Notes under the pieces: generated by a model
Database searches by the model: none
What the model was told of the DNA's origin: nothing
The model's input: only the letters and a program-made list of their open reading frames with translations
Made by a program: the position numbers and the translations under genes
Assembly: GCF_028641065.1 (NCBI RefSeq)
Contig: NW_026576728.1
Location: 1-64,000 of the forward strand
DNA length: 64,000 nt
Source of the DNA: Leucoraja erinacea
Lineage: Eukaryota
Direction: 5' to 3'
In this document: positions 24,381 through 37,068 of the stretch, piece by piece
Numbering within the stretch: position 1 is the first letter of the stretch
Layout: each line of letters opens with the position of its first letter

Positions 24381-25004
24381 AGGCTCATGAATAACAGAGT
24401 GTGCTGGATTCCTAATTAAAGCATTTAATTAACCCATTGACTGACTTGTGGTCACTGCTGATATATGGGAACTCTACTACAGTATCTTTCTTCAGTCCCT
24501 CACAGGGTTTATTAAATCTGATCACAACACTGCTATGATTCAGGAAGACTGATCTCAAAGCCAAACCGCTTCACATCAAGCCTACCTTGTCATGGTGGTA
24601 CACAAGCAGGGTGGACATATGGGGAGGGAAAGGATATTGAATTCTGGGCACTGGCTTGCAATACTGTGAGACAAGGGGAGAGCAGTAGGAAAGAAGCAGA
24701 ACGTATCACTTGAGGGTTTCGAGAGAGCAGCGAGCTCTCCGCAAAAATGGAAATCCAACTCCGTCAGTCGTATTCAGAATCCAAGAACAGGAAATGCAAA
24801 CCATCACCCTTTGAGATGTGTTAGAAGGAACTGCAGATGTTGGATAAAATCGAAGGTAGACACAAAATGCAGGAGTAACTCAGCAGGTGAGGCATCCCGG
24901 CGCATCTGAAGAAGGGTCTCGACCAGAAACGTTATCAATTCCTTCTCTCCATAGATGCTGCCTCACCCGCTGAGTTACTCCAGTATTTTGTGTCACCCTT
25001 TGAG

Positions 25005-25750
25005 ATAATAATAATCATAATAATAATATATTTTATTGTCATTGCACATCAGTGCAACAAGATTTGGGTTTGTAGCTTCCATCCGTTGTCATAACTTAAA
25101 TAACTAATAAAATTTAGATTTAGATACCCCAAGAAACATGGTTTGTAAAAGAACATCACAACAGTAAAACAGTTCAAACAGACTAAAGTGCAGATGTATC
25201 TGTGTGACGTGACCATCGGAGGGAGACTCCAGGGGGGGGGATGGGGGGCACTCAGCAGGGCCGGTTCAGAGCCGCTATAGCTCTGGGATTGAAGCTGTTC
25301 CTGAGTCTGGAGGTTCGGGCGTAGAAGGCCTTGTCACGTCTGCCGGAGGGAAGTAGTTCGAACAGCCCGCTACAAGGGTGTGAGGAGTCTTTATGGATGC
25401 TGACGGCCTTCCTGATGCACCGTGTGTGGTAGATGCCCTCCAAGGCTGGTAGCTGTGTCCCAATGATCTTCTGCGCTCTGTGGACGACGCGCTGAAGAGC
25501 TCTCCTCTCCGTCCAGCTGAGATACCACACAGAGATGCCATACGTTAATATGCTCTCTGCGGTGCAGCGGTAAAAGGTTGTCAGCAGCTGTTGGACAGAC
25601 CAGTCTGTTCTCAGGAAGAACAGTCGTTGCTGTGCCTTCTTGACCAGCACAGCGGTGTTGGTGGACCATGTGAGCTCCTCTGAAATGTGAGTGCCCAGAA
25701 ACTTAAAGCTGGACACTCTCTCCACACTGTCCACGTAAATGGAGATTGGG
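25005..25750 (-). mobile_element. Rex1-like LINE 3' fragment; paralogous interrupted copy at 32055-32403 and 34507-34592
   Basis: VERVSSFKFLG, KKAQQRLFFLR, RLRNSF.PRAI; (TTA)n tail. Confidence 0.85.
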
Positions 25751-25974
25751 GCAGAGATGTGTTTGTTTCAATAAATGCTGTCAAATTTAATTCCCTTGAC
25801 AGCAATTCACAGCACTTTATAGGGGATATTATTCAGCCTATGGTGTATGTTCTGACTCTCTGTATCAATCCAAGCTGGTTTCAAGGATCCAGGTCAATGT
25901 AAAGTTTCAATCAGGTAAAGTTAAAAACTGCCCACTGGTAAAAACATAAACAAAACAGCAAAAGACACATGTGA

Positions 25975-26160
25975 TGGTGTAACTCAGCGGGTCAGGCAGC
26001 ATCTGTGGAGAACATGGATAGGTGACGTTTCACAGAGTGCTGGAGTAACACAGCGGGTTAGGCAGCATCTGTGGAGAACATGGATAGGTGACGTTTCACA
26101 AAGTGCTGGAGTAACTCAGCGAGTCAGGCAGCATCTGTGGAGAACATGGATAGGTGACAT
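25975..26160 (-). repeat. ~66-bp tandem repeat x3 derived from the Penelope-type terminus
   Basis: Same unit as 49534-49850. Confidence 0.8.
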
Positions 26161-27291
26161 GGACAGCTGACCTACTGAGTTACTCCAGCACTAATTGTCT
26201 TTTTTTGTAAACCAACATTAAAAGTTCCTTGTTTCTCCAATAACACAATGAGCCTCATTGAATTCTGCATGCCACAGACACTGGCTTACAATGGCTGGTC
26301 TGGAGAACTTGGAAGGTTCTGGCACCATGCTGGGCCCTGATCTGACGAGAGGTTAGATGAGCTTGCAAGCAGGTTACACATATAATCATAAACCTGTCTT
26401 TCTTCCCGACTCTACAAACAACAGTCAGCTATGTTTAAAACTAGTCATCATCCCTAGTACTGAAAATAGGCTTTAGTCATCTGTCTCAGTAGTCCCTTGG
26501 GAGAGCAGGTTAACCCAATGGTTTTGCAGTTGTCTGTTGAGCTAGGTATTGAAAGTGAGCCTGTTTGTGTGGCAAAGGGAATGTTATCAGACAACTCCAT
26601 TTTAGCCGAGAAGCATGTTTCTCCTCCCTCACCTCCCATTCAGGAGCTGCAGCAGTCGTTCCAGGTGGACAGAGGTTCACATGCACCTCATTTACAGTCT
26701 AGGTTCCTTCTGCTGCTGGACATGGGGGGCAGGGTGTGGTGGAGACGCCCCTCAAAATAAGGGAAGGGATTCCACGGCAGTGGGCCACATGAGTGGCAAG
26801 GGTGTGGGGTAAAATTGTGATTTGGGGAAACTGTATATGTAGTGTAGCCACCGAGAATGTCGGATGGAGTTTTGTATGGATCATGTATTGTATATATTTA
26901 TTTCTCGAATAAAGTATATCTTGAAATAAAAAATCTAACCTCATCTACTGCATCTGGTGAGACCTTTCTACTTCATGAGAACAAAGTTTAGACATGGCGA
27001 CCATTTCACCAAATATTTACGCTTGATCTGCCAACTGAATCATCCGTAAGAGTGAGTCTTTATCACGCAGTGCACATTTTTTAATCGCTGAATTCCAGAA
27101 GACCAAATTTCTAATCACTGAACTGTTGGAACCGCCCAGGAAGTTTGCGACTAGAATTGAAAGCACGTCTTCAGTTTGAGCTGAGAGCTGAGGAACAGAA
27201 GCTGAGAATTCAGACGAAAGACAAATAGTTTCTACATTTTGATCTGCAGGTGTGTTAAACATCAGAGGAAGTTCAAATTCACCAAGTCAAC

Positions 27292-30200
27292 ATGAGCCGT
27301 CGAAAGGTAAATTTGTTTGAATACTTTTAATCTCAACTCTGGTTGTTAGAAATTTTCCAACAAAGACTATTACAAAAACAGAGGTAGAAACTGAACGAAC
27401 TTTATTGAGAGAGAGCCACACAGAGCCCAAGTGTCTATGGGAGTCTTCTCTGAGCTAATGCTGAAACCATCTCTTTTATACATTGATTTAGACAAAAAAG
27501 CATCCAGACAAATGGTAATGAACAAGGACACTCAGGATTCAAAGGAAATAACATTTAGCTGTGGAAAGTTACACCGGAGCAAGATTAGCCGTTCTGCAAG
27601 TTCTGTGATAGACTCTTAATCTCATGACCGAGACCTGTCAATTACTCGTGCCCTAGGCAGTTTTGGTAAACAATCTTGTGCAGACACAGATAGAATACAT
27701 AAGGAAATAAGTTACATTAATTTTTCCATCACTGGTCACTGAGCAGATGATTGTTATCGATGCTCAAACATATTGTCTCCATCAGTCAGAAAATGTCTGA
27801 GATCAACAACCTACACCCAGAGCCGTGGGAGACTGCGGGCTGCTGACAGTGGGCCGTACTCGATGTGTGTTGGGGGGGATTTTCCTGAACTTTCCCTTGT
27901 TCATATGTGGTCTTCAGAGGACATGGCTGCTGATGCCATGGTGGAGCTGATGCCGGCTGTGATCAGGCACCGACAAACACCGACAACGAAGGACGCGTTG
28001 TGGCATTTGGCAGTCATCCTCAGTCCTGGACGTAGGGTGATGTGGGGAGCGTGAAGTCAGAGGGTAAAGCGGGCTCTGGTTTTAAAGAACATTTATAGCA
28101 GCAAAAGACAATTTCGCCCAACTGCAGGATGTTATGCTCTTTGGGAACCTCCTTCTGCATATCAGCCTTAATTTCTGTTAAATATGAGAGATGTCAGCGC
28201 TTTCTCTCGAGCTACTTAATGGGAAATTCAAAAGCTTTCTCAGAAACGCCAATTTATAATGCGCCATAACTTATCTGGGTTGCTTTCACTTTCATATTTA
28301 TCTGGCTCCTTGAAAAGATCTCCATCGCCTTCCTCAGGCACAGCCTATGAGAGTAAGTTCCTCTTTACTCTACTCTCTGACTGTAAACACTTGAACTCCA
28401 TTTTCCCTTTGTTTAACACTTTCCCTGTCGTTAACTTTGGATAAATATTTAATAAATGGAAACCTTCTGGTCTGAGCCATCGTTTGCATTGTTGTCAGGG
28501 GGTCTTCAGATGGTCAGAGAAGCAGACATGGAAAAGTAACGGGCGATTTAAAAAAAAGAATGAGACAAAAAATCTAGTTTCAGCTTTCTCAATGAAACGC
28601 AGGAACAATTAAGCGGTTGGAAATGATTAACAACTGAATGTGGGAAAAGTTGGGGTTTGACATCCACAAACACTGAATTCACACCGGAGTTTATTTGATC
28701 GCTGCTTATTGTGTGGGAGAGAGTAGACACACTGCCCAGCACCACACGACTGAACCACAATGGTGCAAGGATTATAAGAACATCCATTTCTAACAAAGGT
28801 GTCTGCACTAATTCATTGCCCAAAGCCAGGATCAAACACCAATCCAAAATTAAATAAAACATATTTGCAGTTTATTCCTCATCTTGCTTTTGTTGCCAGA
28901 TAACCGGGCATCCTTGACTCTTTTAACTCCATCTCAGTTTCTGTTTCCTAAGCCTTCTATTTTCTCTTATTTAAGCCATCTCTCATCATCTGTTCCCTCA
29001 TGAAAACTGTTGCAGGCACTCTGTGAATCCTGTGCGGCTTCATCTGATCCCATTTTACCTTTCCCCATTTCACTACCCTCAGCCCCAAATCACCACAGAT
29101 CAGTACGTTCTCTGGCCAGATGCTGAGATTTGTTGATCAGCAGACAGATGCAGTGATTTTTCTACCAGGACAAGTGAAGATCAACGGACAAAATAAAAAA
29201 TATAAGTGAAATATTGACATTTAGCTCAAGAGGGCTGGATCACAAGAAGAAATTATCTTACAGTATTTATCTAAATTACTGCCACCTTGGGCATCACCTT
29301 CTGCACAGATTCACCCTGTAAATATTAAGGCTAAAAACGATCATGAGTACAAAGTGTATAGATTTGATTTGCATTCCTGCAGGTACAAAAGGTTAATGAA
29401 TTATTATGTTGTTGGGTTTGTTGTATTGAACCCTAACCATCAGAATCCAAATCACTACAAACATCAGGTATTATCACGTTTAGCGGGTACTATCGCAACA
29501 TTTAAGAAACATTTAGACAAATACGTGGATAGGACACGTTTAGAGAGATATGGGCCAAAGGCAGGCAGGTGGGACGTTAGTCAGTGTGGGCAGGTTGGGC
29601 CGAAGGGCCTGTATCCATGCTGTATGATTCGATGAAAATATCACTACATTTATTAACATCTGATGTTGATTTCTAAAGTGATACTGATCTTATTTCCAGT
29701 CTGGTTTCAAAGCAAAACGTGGAGATTTGATTGAAATACCTCGAACACTTGGGTATAAACACTGGGCCATCTACATTGGACATGGAGACGTCGTACATTT
29801 AACTTCAGGTAAAAGCTGTTCAATTTTTTTCTCCTATTTAACATGTTTTGCATTGAAGACTTCTCTGCCCAAGTGTCATTCAAGCCGTACCAGAGATACT
29901 ATCAGACCTGATAAAGACCCTTTCATATCTATTCTAGATGGAGCAAGTGGAGATGTGAGTTTTCGCTTCTCTAGCTCGGCAGAAGTTGCTGTGATTAAGA
30001 GGGAGCCTCTCACTGAGGTAACTGCAGGTGATCCCTGCTATGTCAACAACTGTTCAGACACAAGGTTTGAAGCAATACCCGTGGCCAAGATAATAAACAA
30101 GGCTAAAAAAAGCATTGGACGGAAAGTGCATTACAATGTTCTAAAACAAAACTGTGAACATTTTGTAAACAAACTTCGATATGGTGAAAAGATTTCCTAC

Positions 30201-31433
30201 CAGGTAAGTGCAGAAACATAAGACCATAACATATAGTAGCAGAATTAGGCCATTCGACCCATCAAGTCTATACTGTCATTCAATGATCTATTTTTCCCTC
30301 TCAAACCCATTCTCCTGCCTTCTCCCCATAACATCTGATGCCCAACCTACTCCAAGAACCTATCAATCTCTGCCTTAAAAATACCCAATGACTTGACTTT
30401 CAACGTCGCCTGTGGCAATGAATTCCACAGATTCCCCACCCATTGGATCAAGAAATTTCTCCTCATCTCCATTTAGATTTTCTGAGGCCGTAAAGTTTGG
30501 TCCAAGACTCTCCAACTACTGAAAACATACTTTCCATATCTACTTTATCCAGGCCTTTCATTATCTGGTAGGTTTCAATGACTTCCCCCCCCTCCTCATC
30601 CATCTAAACACCAGCGAGTGCAGGCTGAGAGGTCAACGCCATCAATTTCCTCATCCAGATAATAACCTGGACAGAAAACCATTGAGGGGCCTGAGATGTC
30701 TTTGGCCCTCCAAATGTATGGGACATGATGGTTCAAAGGCGTTACATGTTCAGTGGCTGGTTTTGTACATTTGGCAGTGAAGGAGACAACTCACTCCACT
30801 GGGTGATGACTGGGGTCAAGTTTAGAGCAGAATTGTATTCCAAACCAAGTCACACATGGGAGAGCAGGAAATAGAGGGATATGGATCAAGAACAGAGAGC
30901 TGAGATCAGTTTAACTATGCATCATGTTCGGCACAAGCAATGTGGGTCGCAGGTCCCATTTCTGTGCTGTACTCTTCTGTGTTCTATCTTCTTGAGGGAA
31001 GGGGAGGCAAAGGTACCGTGGGCAGGTCACCAGATGTCATGTCATCGATGACATGTTTGGATGTTTAAGAAAGAACTGCAGATGCTGGAAAAATCGAAGG
31101 TAGACAAAAATACTGGAGAAACTCAGCGTGTGAGGCAGCATCTATGGAGCGAAGAAATAGGTGATGTTTTGGGTCGAGACCGCTCTTCAGACTGTCACCT
31201 ATTCCTTCACTCCATAGATGCTGCCTCACCCGCTCAGTATCTCCAGCATATTTGTTAGGATCACACAGTCACTTGGAACATTTTTGCTGTGGAATCCATG
31301 ACTAAACATATTTTTTTCCCTACAGGCTGAGGATGCAAGCCTTGCTATTGGTGTAGGGTCTATCGCCACTGTAGCTGTAATGGGTGTCGGTGCCATTCTT
31401 ACCCTTCTATTGGGGGGGCATCATAAACAATGA
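27292..31433 (+). CDS. PLAAT-family gene B2, intact, ~165 aa (exons 27292-27306, 29700-29808, 29938-30203, 31326-31433)
   Basis: MSRRK|[36 protein letters not shown]|DG...NCEHFVNKLRYGEKISYQ|AEDASLAIGVGSIATVAVMGVGAILTLLLGGHHKQ*. Confidence 0.88.
27344..27731 (-). mobile_element. Solo LTR, 388 bp, 5-bp TSD CTGGT
   Basis: TG...CA termini; minus-strand TATAAAAG and AATAAA; absent from the A and B1 introns. Confidence 0.8.
29700..29808 (+). CDS. PLAAT B2 exon 2
   Basis: H-box; canonical splice sites. Confidence 0.9.
29938..30203 (+). CDS. PLAAT B2 exon 3
   Basis: NCEHF motif; 266 nt. Confidence 0.92.
31326..31433 (+). CDS. PLAAT B2 terminal transmembrane exon
   Basis: Near-identical to 24273-24380. 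Confidence 0.82.
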   Translation, partial: AEDASLAIGVGSIATVAVMGVGAILTLLLGGHHKQ

Positions 31434-32403
31434 AGGCTCATGAATAACAGAGTGTGCTGGATTCCTAATTAAAGAATTTAATTAACCCATTGACTGAATT
31501 GTGTTCACTGCTGATATATGGGAACTCTACTACAGTATCTTTCTTCAGTCCCTCACAGGGTTTATTAAATCTGATCACAACACTGCTATGATTCAGGAAG
31601 ACAGATTTCAAAGTCAAACCGCTTCACATCAAGCCTACCTTGTCATGGTGGTACCCAAGCAGGGTGGACATATGGGGAGGGAAAGGATATTGAATTCTGG
31701 GCACTGGCTTGCAATACTGTGAGACAAGGGGAGAGCAGTAGGAAAGAAGCAGAACGTATTACTTGAGGGTTTCGAGAGAGCAGCGAGCTCTCCACAAAAA
31801 TGGAAATCCAACTCCGTCAGTCGTATTCAGAATCCAAGAACAGGAAATGCAAACCATCACCCTTTGAGATGTGTTAGAAGGAACTGCAGATGCTGGATAA
31901 AATCGAAGATAGACACAAAATGCAGGAGTAACTCAGCAGGTGAGGCATCCCGGCGCGTCTGAAAAAGGGTCTCGACCAGAAACGTTATCAATTCCTTCTC
32001 TCCATAGATGCTGCCTCACCCGCTGAGTTACTCCAGTATTTTGTGTCACCCTTTGAGATAATAATAATCATAATAATATCTTTTATTGTCATTGCACATC
32101 AGTGCAACGAGATTTGGGTTTGTAGCTTCCATCCGATGTCATAACTTAAATAACTAATAAAATTTGGGTTTAGATACCCCGAGAAACATGGTTTGTAAAA
32201 GAACATTACAACAGTAAAACAGTTCAAACAGACTAAAGTGCAGATGTGTCTGTGTGTCGTGACCATCCGAGGGAGACTCCAGGGGGGGATGGGGGGCACT
32301 CAGCAGGGCCGGTTCAGAGCTGCTATAGCTCTGGGATTGAAGCTGTTCCTGAGTCTGGAGGTTCGGGCGTAGAAGGCCTTGTAACGTCTGCCGGAGGGAA
32401 GTA

Positions 32404-34506
32404 CAGGTGCACAACCTTTTATCCGAAGATCCAAATAACGAAAACCTCCGAATAGCGACATTTTTTCGGTCCTTGAAGAAAGGTCCTTGAAAACGTTCAC
32501 CGAGGGCGGCCCGCAGAGGTGACAGCGGAACCTCCGGTCGGTCCTCGAAGAAAGGGGAACTAAATCCCCATTCATAAAAGAGAAGGTGAGGGTATATTGC
32601 GCGGGAGGGTTAATAATTGACAATATGCTGCTACCTGCCAGCTGAGTTAAAAAGTTCCCACGGTAGACCCACGATACACAGTGTATCGTGAGTCTTGCGT
32701 GGGAACTTTTTAACTCAGCGTGCAGGCAGCAGTAGATTGTCGCTCCCTTCAGTTTCACCCCACCTGCACCCCTCTGCTTCCCGGCCATGTGTGTGACCCC
32801 TTCCCTCCCCTCTCCAGCTCCCCGCTCATTGCACCGGCGCGGGGGCTTTGTACTGTCTTCACGTCGCGATGCTAGCAGCACAGTGCCAGTCACCGGAGAC
32901 ATCAGGACCAACGGAATACCGACCCCCAGGCCCACTGCAAGCACGGAGATCCCAGATCAGCAACTCCAGCCCAGCCCCGTTCCAACTCCAGAGGAACACG
33001 CTCCCCGTATGGGCAGAAGCTGATGGTGTGCAAGGGGTACGTCTTGTTCTTGGGGTCGCGCAGTCGGGCTATGGGCGAACTGCCACTTGCCGCCATAGCG
33101 GCCCATCGGGGAGCGGATTCCTCTGGAGTTGGAGGGGGAGGGGGGTATTGTGCTGTTTGATCGCCCCCTACTATTCCAGGGACAGGGAGACAGGACATTC
33201 ACCGAGGGCGGCCCGCAGAGGTGACAGCGGATCGGTCCTCGAAGAAAGGGGAACTAAATCCCCATCCATAAAAGAGAAGGTGAGGGTATATTGCGCGGGA
33301 GGGTTAATAATTGACAATATGCTGCTACCTGCCCGCTGAGTTAAAAAGTTCTCACGGTAGACACGATACAGTGTATCGTGAGTCTTGCGTGGGAACTTTT
33401 TAACTCAGCGTGCAGGCAGCAGCAGGTTGTCGCTCCCTTCAGTTTCAACCCACCTACACCCCTCTGCTCCCCGGCCATGTGTGTGACCCCATCCCTCCCC
33501 TCTCCAGCTCCCCGCTCATTGCACCGGCGCGGGGGCTTTGTACTGTCTTCACGTTGGCGATGGCAGCAGGCCAGTGCAGTCACCGGAGACGTCAGGACCA
33601 ATTGGACGTCGACAACCAGGCCCACCGCAAGCACGGAGAACCCAGAGACCCACAGCCAACAGCAGCCCAGCCCCGCTCCAACTACAGAGGAACCTGGGTT
33701 GCGGATGACGGGGCGCAGCTCGGGGCGTCGTAGGGGCCCATCGGGGAGCAGGTTCCTGTTGGTCCTGACGTCTCCGGCCACCTGCTATCCTCCGGGAACT
33801 GTACCACCCTTGCAGGAGTGTGTGGTTGTTTGCAGTTGCAGAGGGAGGGGGCAAGGGCGGTACAGTTCCCAGTCTCAGCTCCAGTCCAGGGGAGTGGCCG
33901 GAGACGTCAGGACGAACGGGACAGCGACCCCCAGGCCCACTGCAAGCACGGAGATCCCAGAGACCCACAGCCAGCAGCAACTCCAGCCCAGCCCCGCTCC
34001 AACTCCAGAGGAACACGTAGGGGCAGAAGCTGATGGTGTGCAAGGTGTTCTTGGGGTGGCGCAGCTCGGGCTGTGGGCAAACTGCCACTTGTCGCCGTAG
34101 CGGCCCATCGGGGAGCGGATTCCTCTGGAGTTGGAGGGGGAGGGGGGTATTGTGCTGTTTGATCGCCCCCTGCTATCCCAGGGACAGGGAGACACAGCGG
34201 CTTTTTAGACTGGTGGGCAATCACTTCCAAAGTTCTGCCCACACAGTCAGTACACCTCTCCTACACTGCATTTCATACAAACATTTATTCTGCAAGAAAA
34301 AACGACATTGAAGACTCAAACTCGCGACCGAGTAACTGCCGGGATCAAGGCGCAAACTCGCAACCTTGCGGATATGAGCCGAACACTCTACCACTGAGCC
34401 AGCCATTAAAATCTAAGCTAAAAAATTTCCATTCCGAAGACCGACAAATTCTGAATTACGAAAAGTGGCTGGTCCCAAGGCTTTCGGATAAAAGGTTGTG
34501 CACCTG
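32404..34506. mobile_element. Non-autonomous Tc1/mariner(pogo)-like DNA transposon with internal duplications
   Basis: TIR CAGGTGCACAACCTTTTATCCGAA; TA TSD; empty site near 25354; no transposase ORF. Confidence 0.9.
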
Positions 34507-34926
34507 TAGTTCGAACAGTCCATTACAAGGGTGTGAGGAGTCTTTATGGATGCTGACGGCCTTCCTGATGCACCGTGTGTGGTAGATGCCCTCAAATATT
34601 TACGCTTGATCTGCCAACTGAATCATCCGTAAGAGTGAGTCTTTATCACGCAATGCACATTTTTTAATCGGTGAATTCCAGAAGACCAAATTTCTAATCA
34701 CTGAACTGTTGGAACCGCCCAGGAAGTTTGCGGCTAGAATTGAAAGCACGTCTTCGGTTTGAGCTGAGAGCTGAGGAACAGAAGCTGAGAATTCAGACGA
34801 AAGACAAATAGTTTCTACATTTTGATCTGCAGGTGTGTTAAACATCAGAGGAAGTTCAAATTCACCAAGTCACCAGGAACCATCGAAAGGTAAATTTGTT
34901 TGAATACTTTTAATCTCAACTCTGGT

Positions 34927-35314
34927 TGTTAGAAATTTTCCAACAAAGACTATTACAAAAACAGAGGTAGAAACTGAACGAACTTTATTGAGAGAGAGTC
35001 ACACAGAGCCCAAGTGTCTATGGGAGTCTTCTCTGAGCTAATGCTGAAACCATCTCTTTTATACATTGATTTAGACAAAAAAGCATCTAGACAAATGGTA
35101 ATGAACAAGGACACTCAGGATTCAAAGGAAATAACATTTAGCTGTGGAAAGTTACACCAGAGCAAGATTAGCCGTTCTGCAAGTTCTGTGATAGACTCTT
35201 AATCTCATGACCGAGACCTGTCAATTACTCGTGCCCTAGGCAGTTTTGGTAAACAATCTTGTGCAGACACAGATAGAATACATAAGGAAATAAGTTACAT
35301 TAATTTTTCTATCA
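34927..35314 (-). mobile_element. Same solo LTR, co-duplicated with the copy C 5' region
   Basis: Same position and TSD as 27344-27731. Confidence 0.8.
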
Positions 35315-36182
35315 CTGGTCACTGAGCAGATGATTGTTATCGATGCTCAGACATATTGTCTCCATCAGTCAGTAAATGCCTGAGCTCAACAACCTACACC
35401 CAGACTGTGGTCTGCTGACAGTGGGCCGTACTCGATGTGTGTTGGGGGGGATTTTCCTGAACTTTCCCTTGTTCATATGTGGTCTTCAGAGGACATGGCT
35501 GCTGATGCCACGGTGGAGCTGATGCCGGCTGTGATCAGGCACCGACAAACACCGACAAACACCGACAACGAAGGACGCGTTGTGGCATTTGGCAGTCATC
35601 CTCAGTCCTGGACGTAGGGTGATGTGGGGAGCGTGAAGTCAGAGGGTAAAGCGGGTTTTAAAGATCATTTATAGCAGCAAAAGACAATTTCGCCCAACTG
35701 CAGGATTTGATGCTCTTTGGGAACCTCCTTCTGCATATCAGCCTTCGTTTCTGTTAAATATGAGAGATGTCAGCGCTTTCTCTCGAGCTGCTTAATGGGA
35801 AATTCAAAATCTTTCTCAGAAACACCAATTTATAATGCGCCATAACTTACCTAGGTTGCTTTCACTTTCATATTTATCTGGCTCCTTGAATAGATCTCCA
35901 TCGCCTTCCTCAGGCACAGCCTATGGGAGTAAGTTCCTGTTTACCCTCTGACTATAAACACTTGAACTCCATTTTCCCTTTGTTTAACACTTTCCCTGTC
36001 GTTAACTGGATAAATATGAAATAAATGGAAACCTTCTAGTCTGAGCCATCGTTTGCATTGTTGTCAGGGGGTCTTCAGATGGTCAGAGAAGCATACATGG
36101 AAAAGTAACGTGGCGTTTTTTTTAAAAGAATGAGACAAAATATCTAGTTTCACCTTTCCCCATGGAATGCAGGAACATTTAA

Positions 36183-36511
36183 ATCCCTGTCCCATGATAC
36201 GAGTTCATTTCAAGAGCTCTCCCGAGTTTACCCTGATTCGAACTCGGAGATTTACGGTAATGTCCACTCGTCGGTACTCGGGGCTCTCGTGGACATTTTT
36301 CAAAGCGTTGAAAAATCTTCACAAGTCTTCCCGTGCTCAGCTGCCATTAGCGAGTCTTCCTGAGTACCCGCCGTTGGCGTTACGAGCTGCTAAGAGACGT
36401 CCCCAAGCTCCGACGTACCCGCTACGTTCATTCTCCGTGCTTACCACGAGTTTGATTTTTTTTTAAACTCGGGAGAGCTCTTGGAATGAACTCGTACCGT
36501 GGGACAGGGCT
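36183..36511. mobile_element. MITE (Harbinger-like TIR CCCTGTCCCA); second copy at ~62661-62967
   Basis: Long imperfect inverted termini; absent from the paralogous introns. Confidence 0.75.
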
Positions 36512-36876
36512 ATTAGGCAGTTGGAAATGATTAACAACTGAATGTAGAAAAAGGTAATGAAATGCATAAACAAGTTGGGGTTTGACATCCACAAACACTC
36601 AATTCACACCTGAGTTTATTTGATTGCTGCTTATTGTGTGGGAGAGGGTAGACACACTGCCCAGCACCACACGACCGAACCATGATGACGCAAGGATTAT
36701 AAGAGCATCCATTTCTAACAAAGGTGGCTGCACTAATTCATTGCCCAAAGCCAGGATCAAACACAAATCTAAAATTAAATAAAACACATTTGCATTTGAT
36801 TCCTCATCTTGTTTTTGTTGCCAGATAACTGAGTGTCCTTGTCTCTTATAGCTCCACATCAGGTTCTGTTTCCTAT

Positions 36877-37068
36877 GGGCCTGTCCTACATAGGTGATTT
36901 TTTCAGCGGACTGCTAGCGACTGTCAAGTTGCTGGCAGTCGCCTGAAAAACTGGAAACTGGAACGGCGACTGTCAGGGTGGAACACACACACACATCGCG
37001 TGGTGACCATGCGGCGACTGCATAGTGTCCTGCAGTCGTCTAAAAAGTCGCTTAAGTGGGTCAGGCCC
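36877..37068. mobile_element. MITE with GGGCCTG..C TIRs inserted next to the mutated ISRE
   Basis: GGGCCTGTCC...GGGTCAGGCCC; absent from the paralogs. Confidence 0.65.

Noticed and set aside
32787-34242. Overlapping GC-rich ORFs up to 240 aa
   Set aside because: Inside a non-autonomous transposon. No DDE or HTH motifs, and open frames on both strands reflect GC content.
34337-34404. Functional tRNA-Met gene
   Set aside because: T-arm/B box and acceptor stem are degenerate, and it lies inside a transposon.
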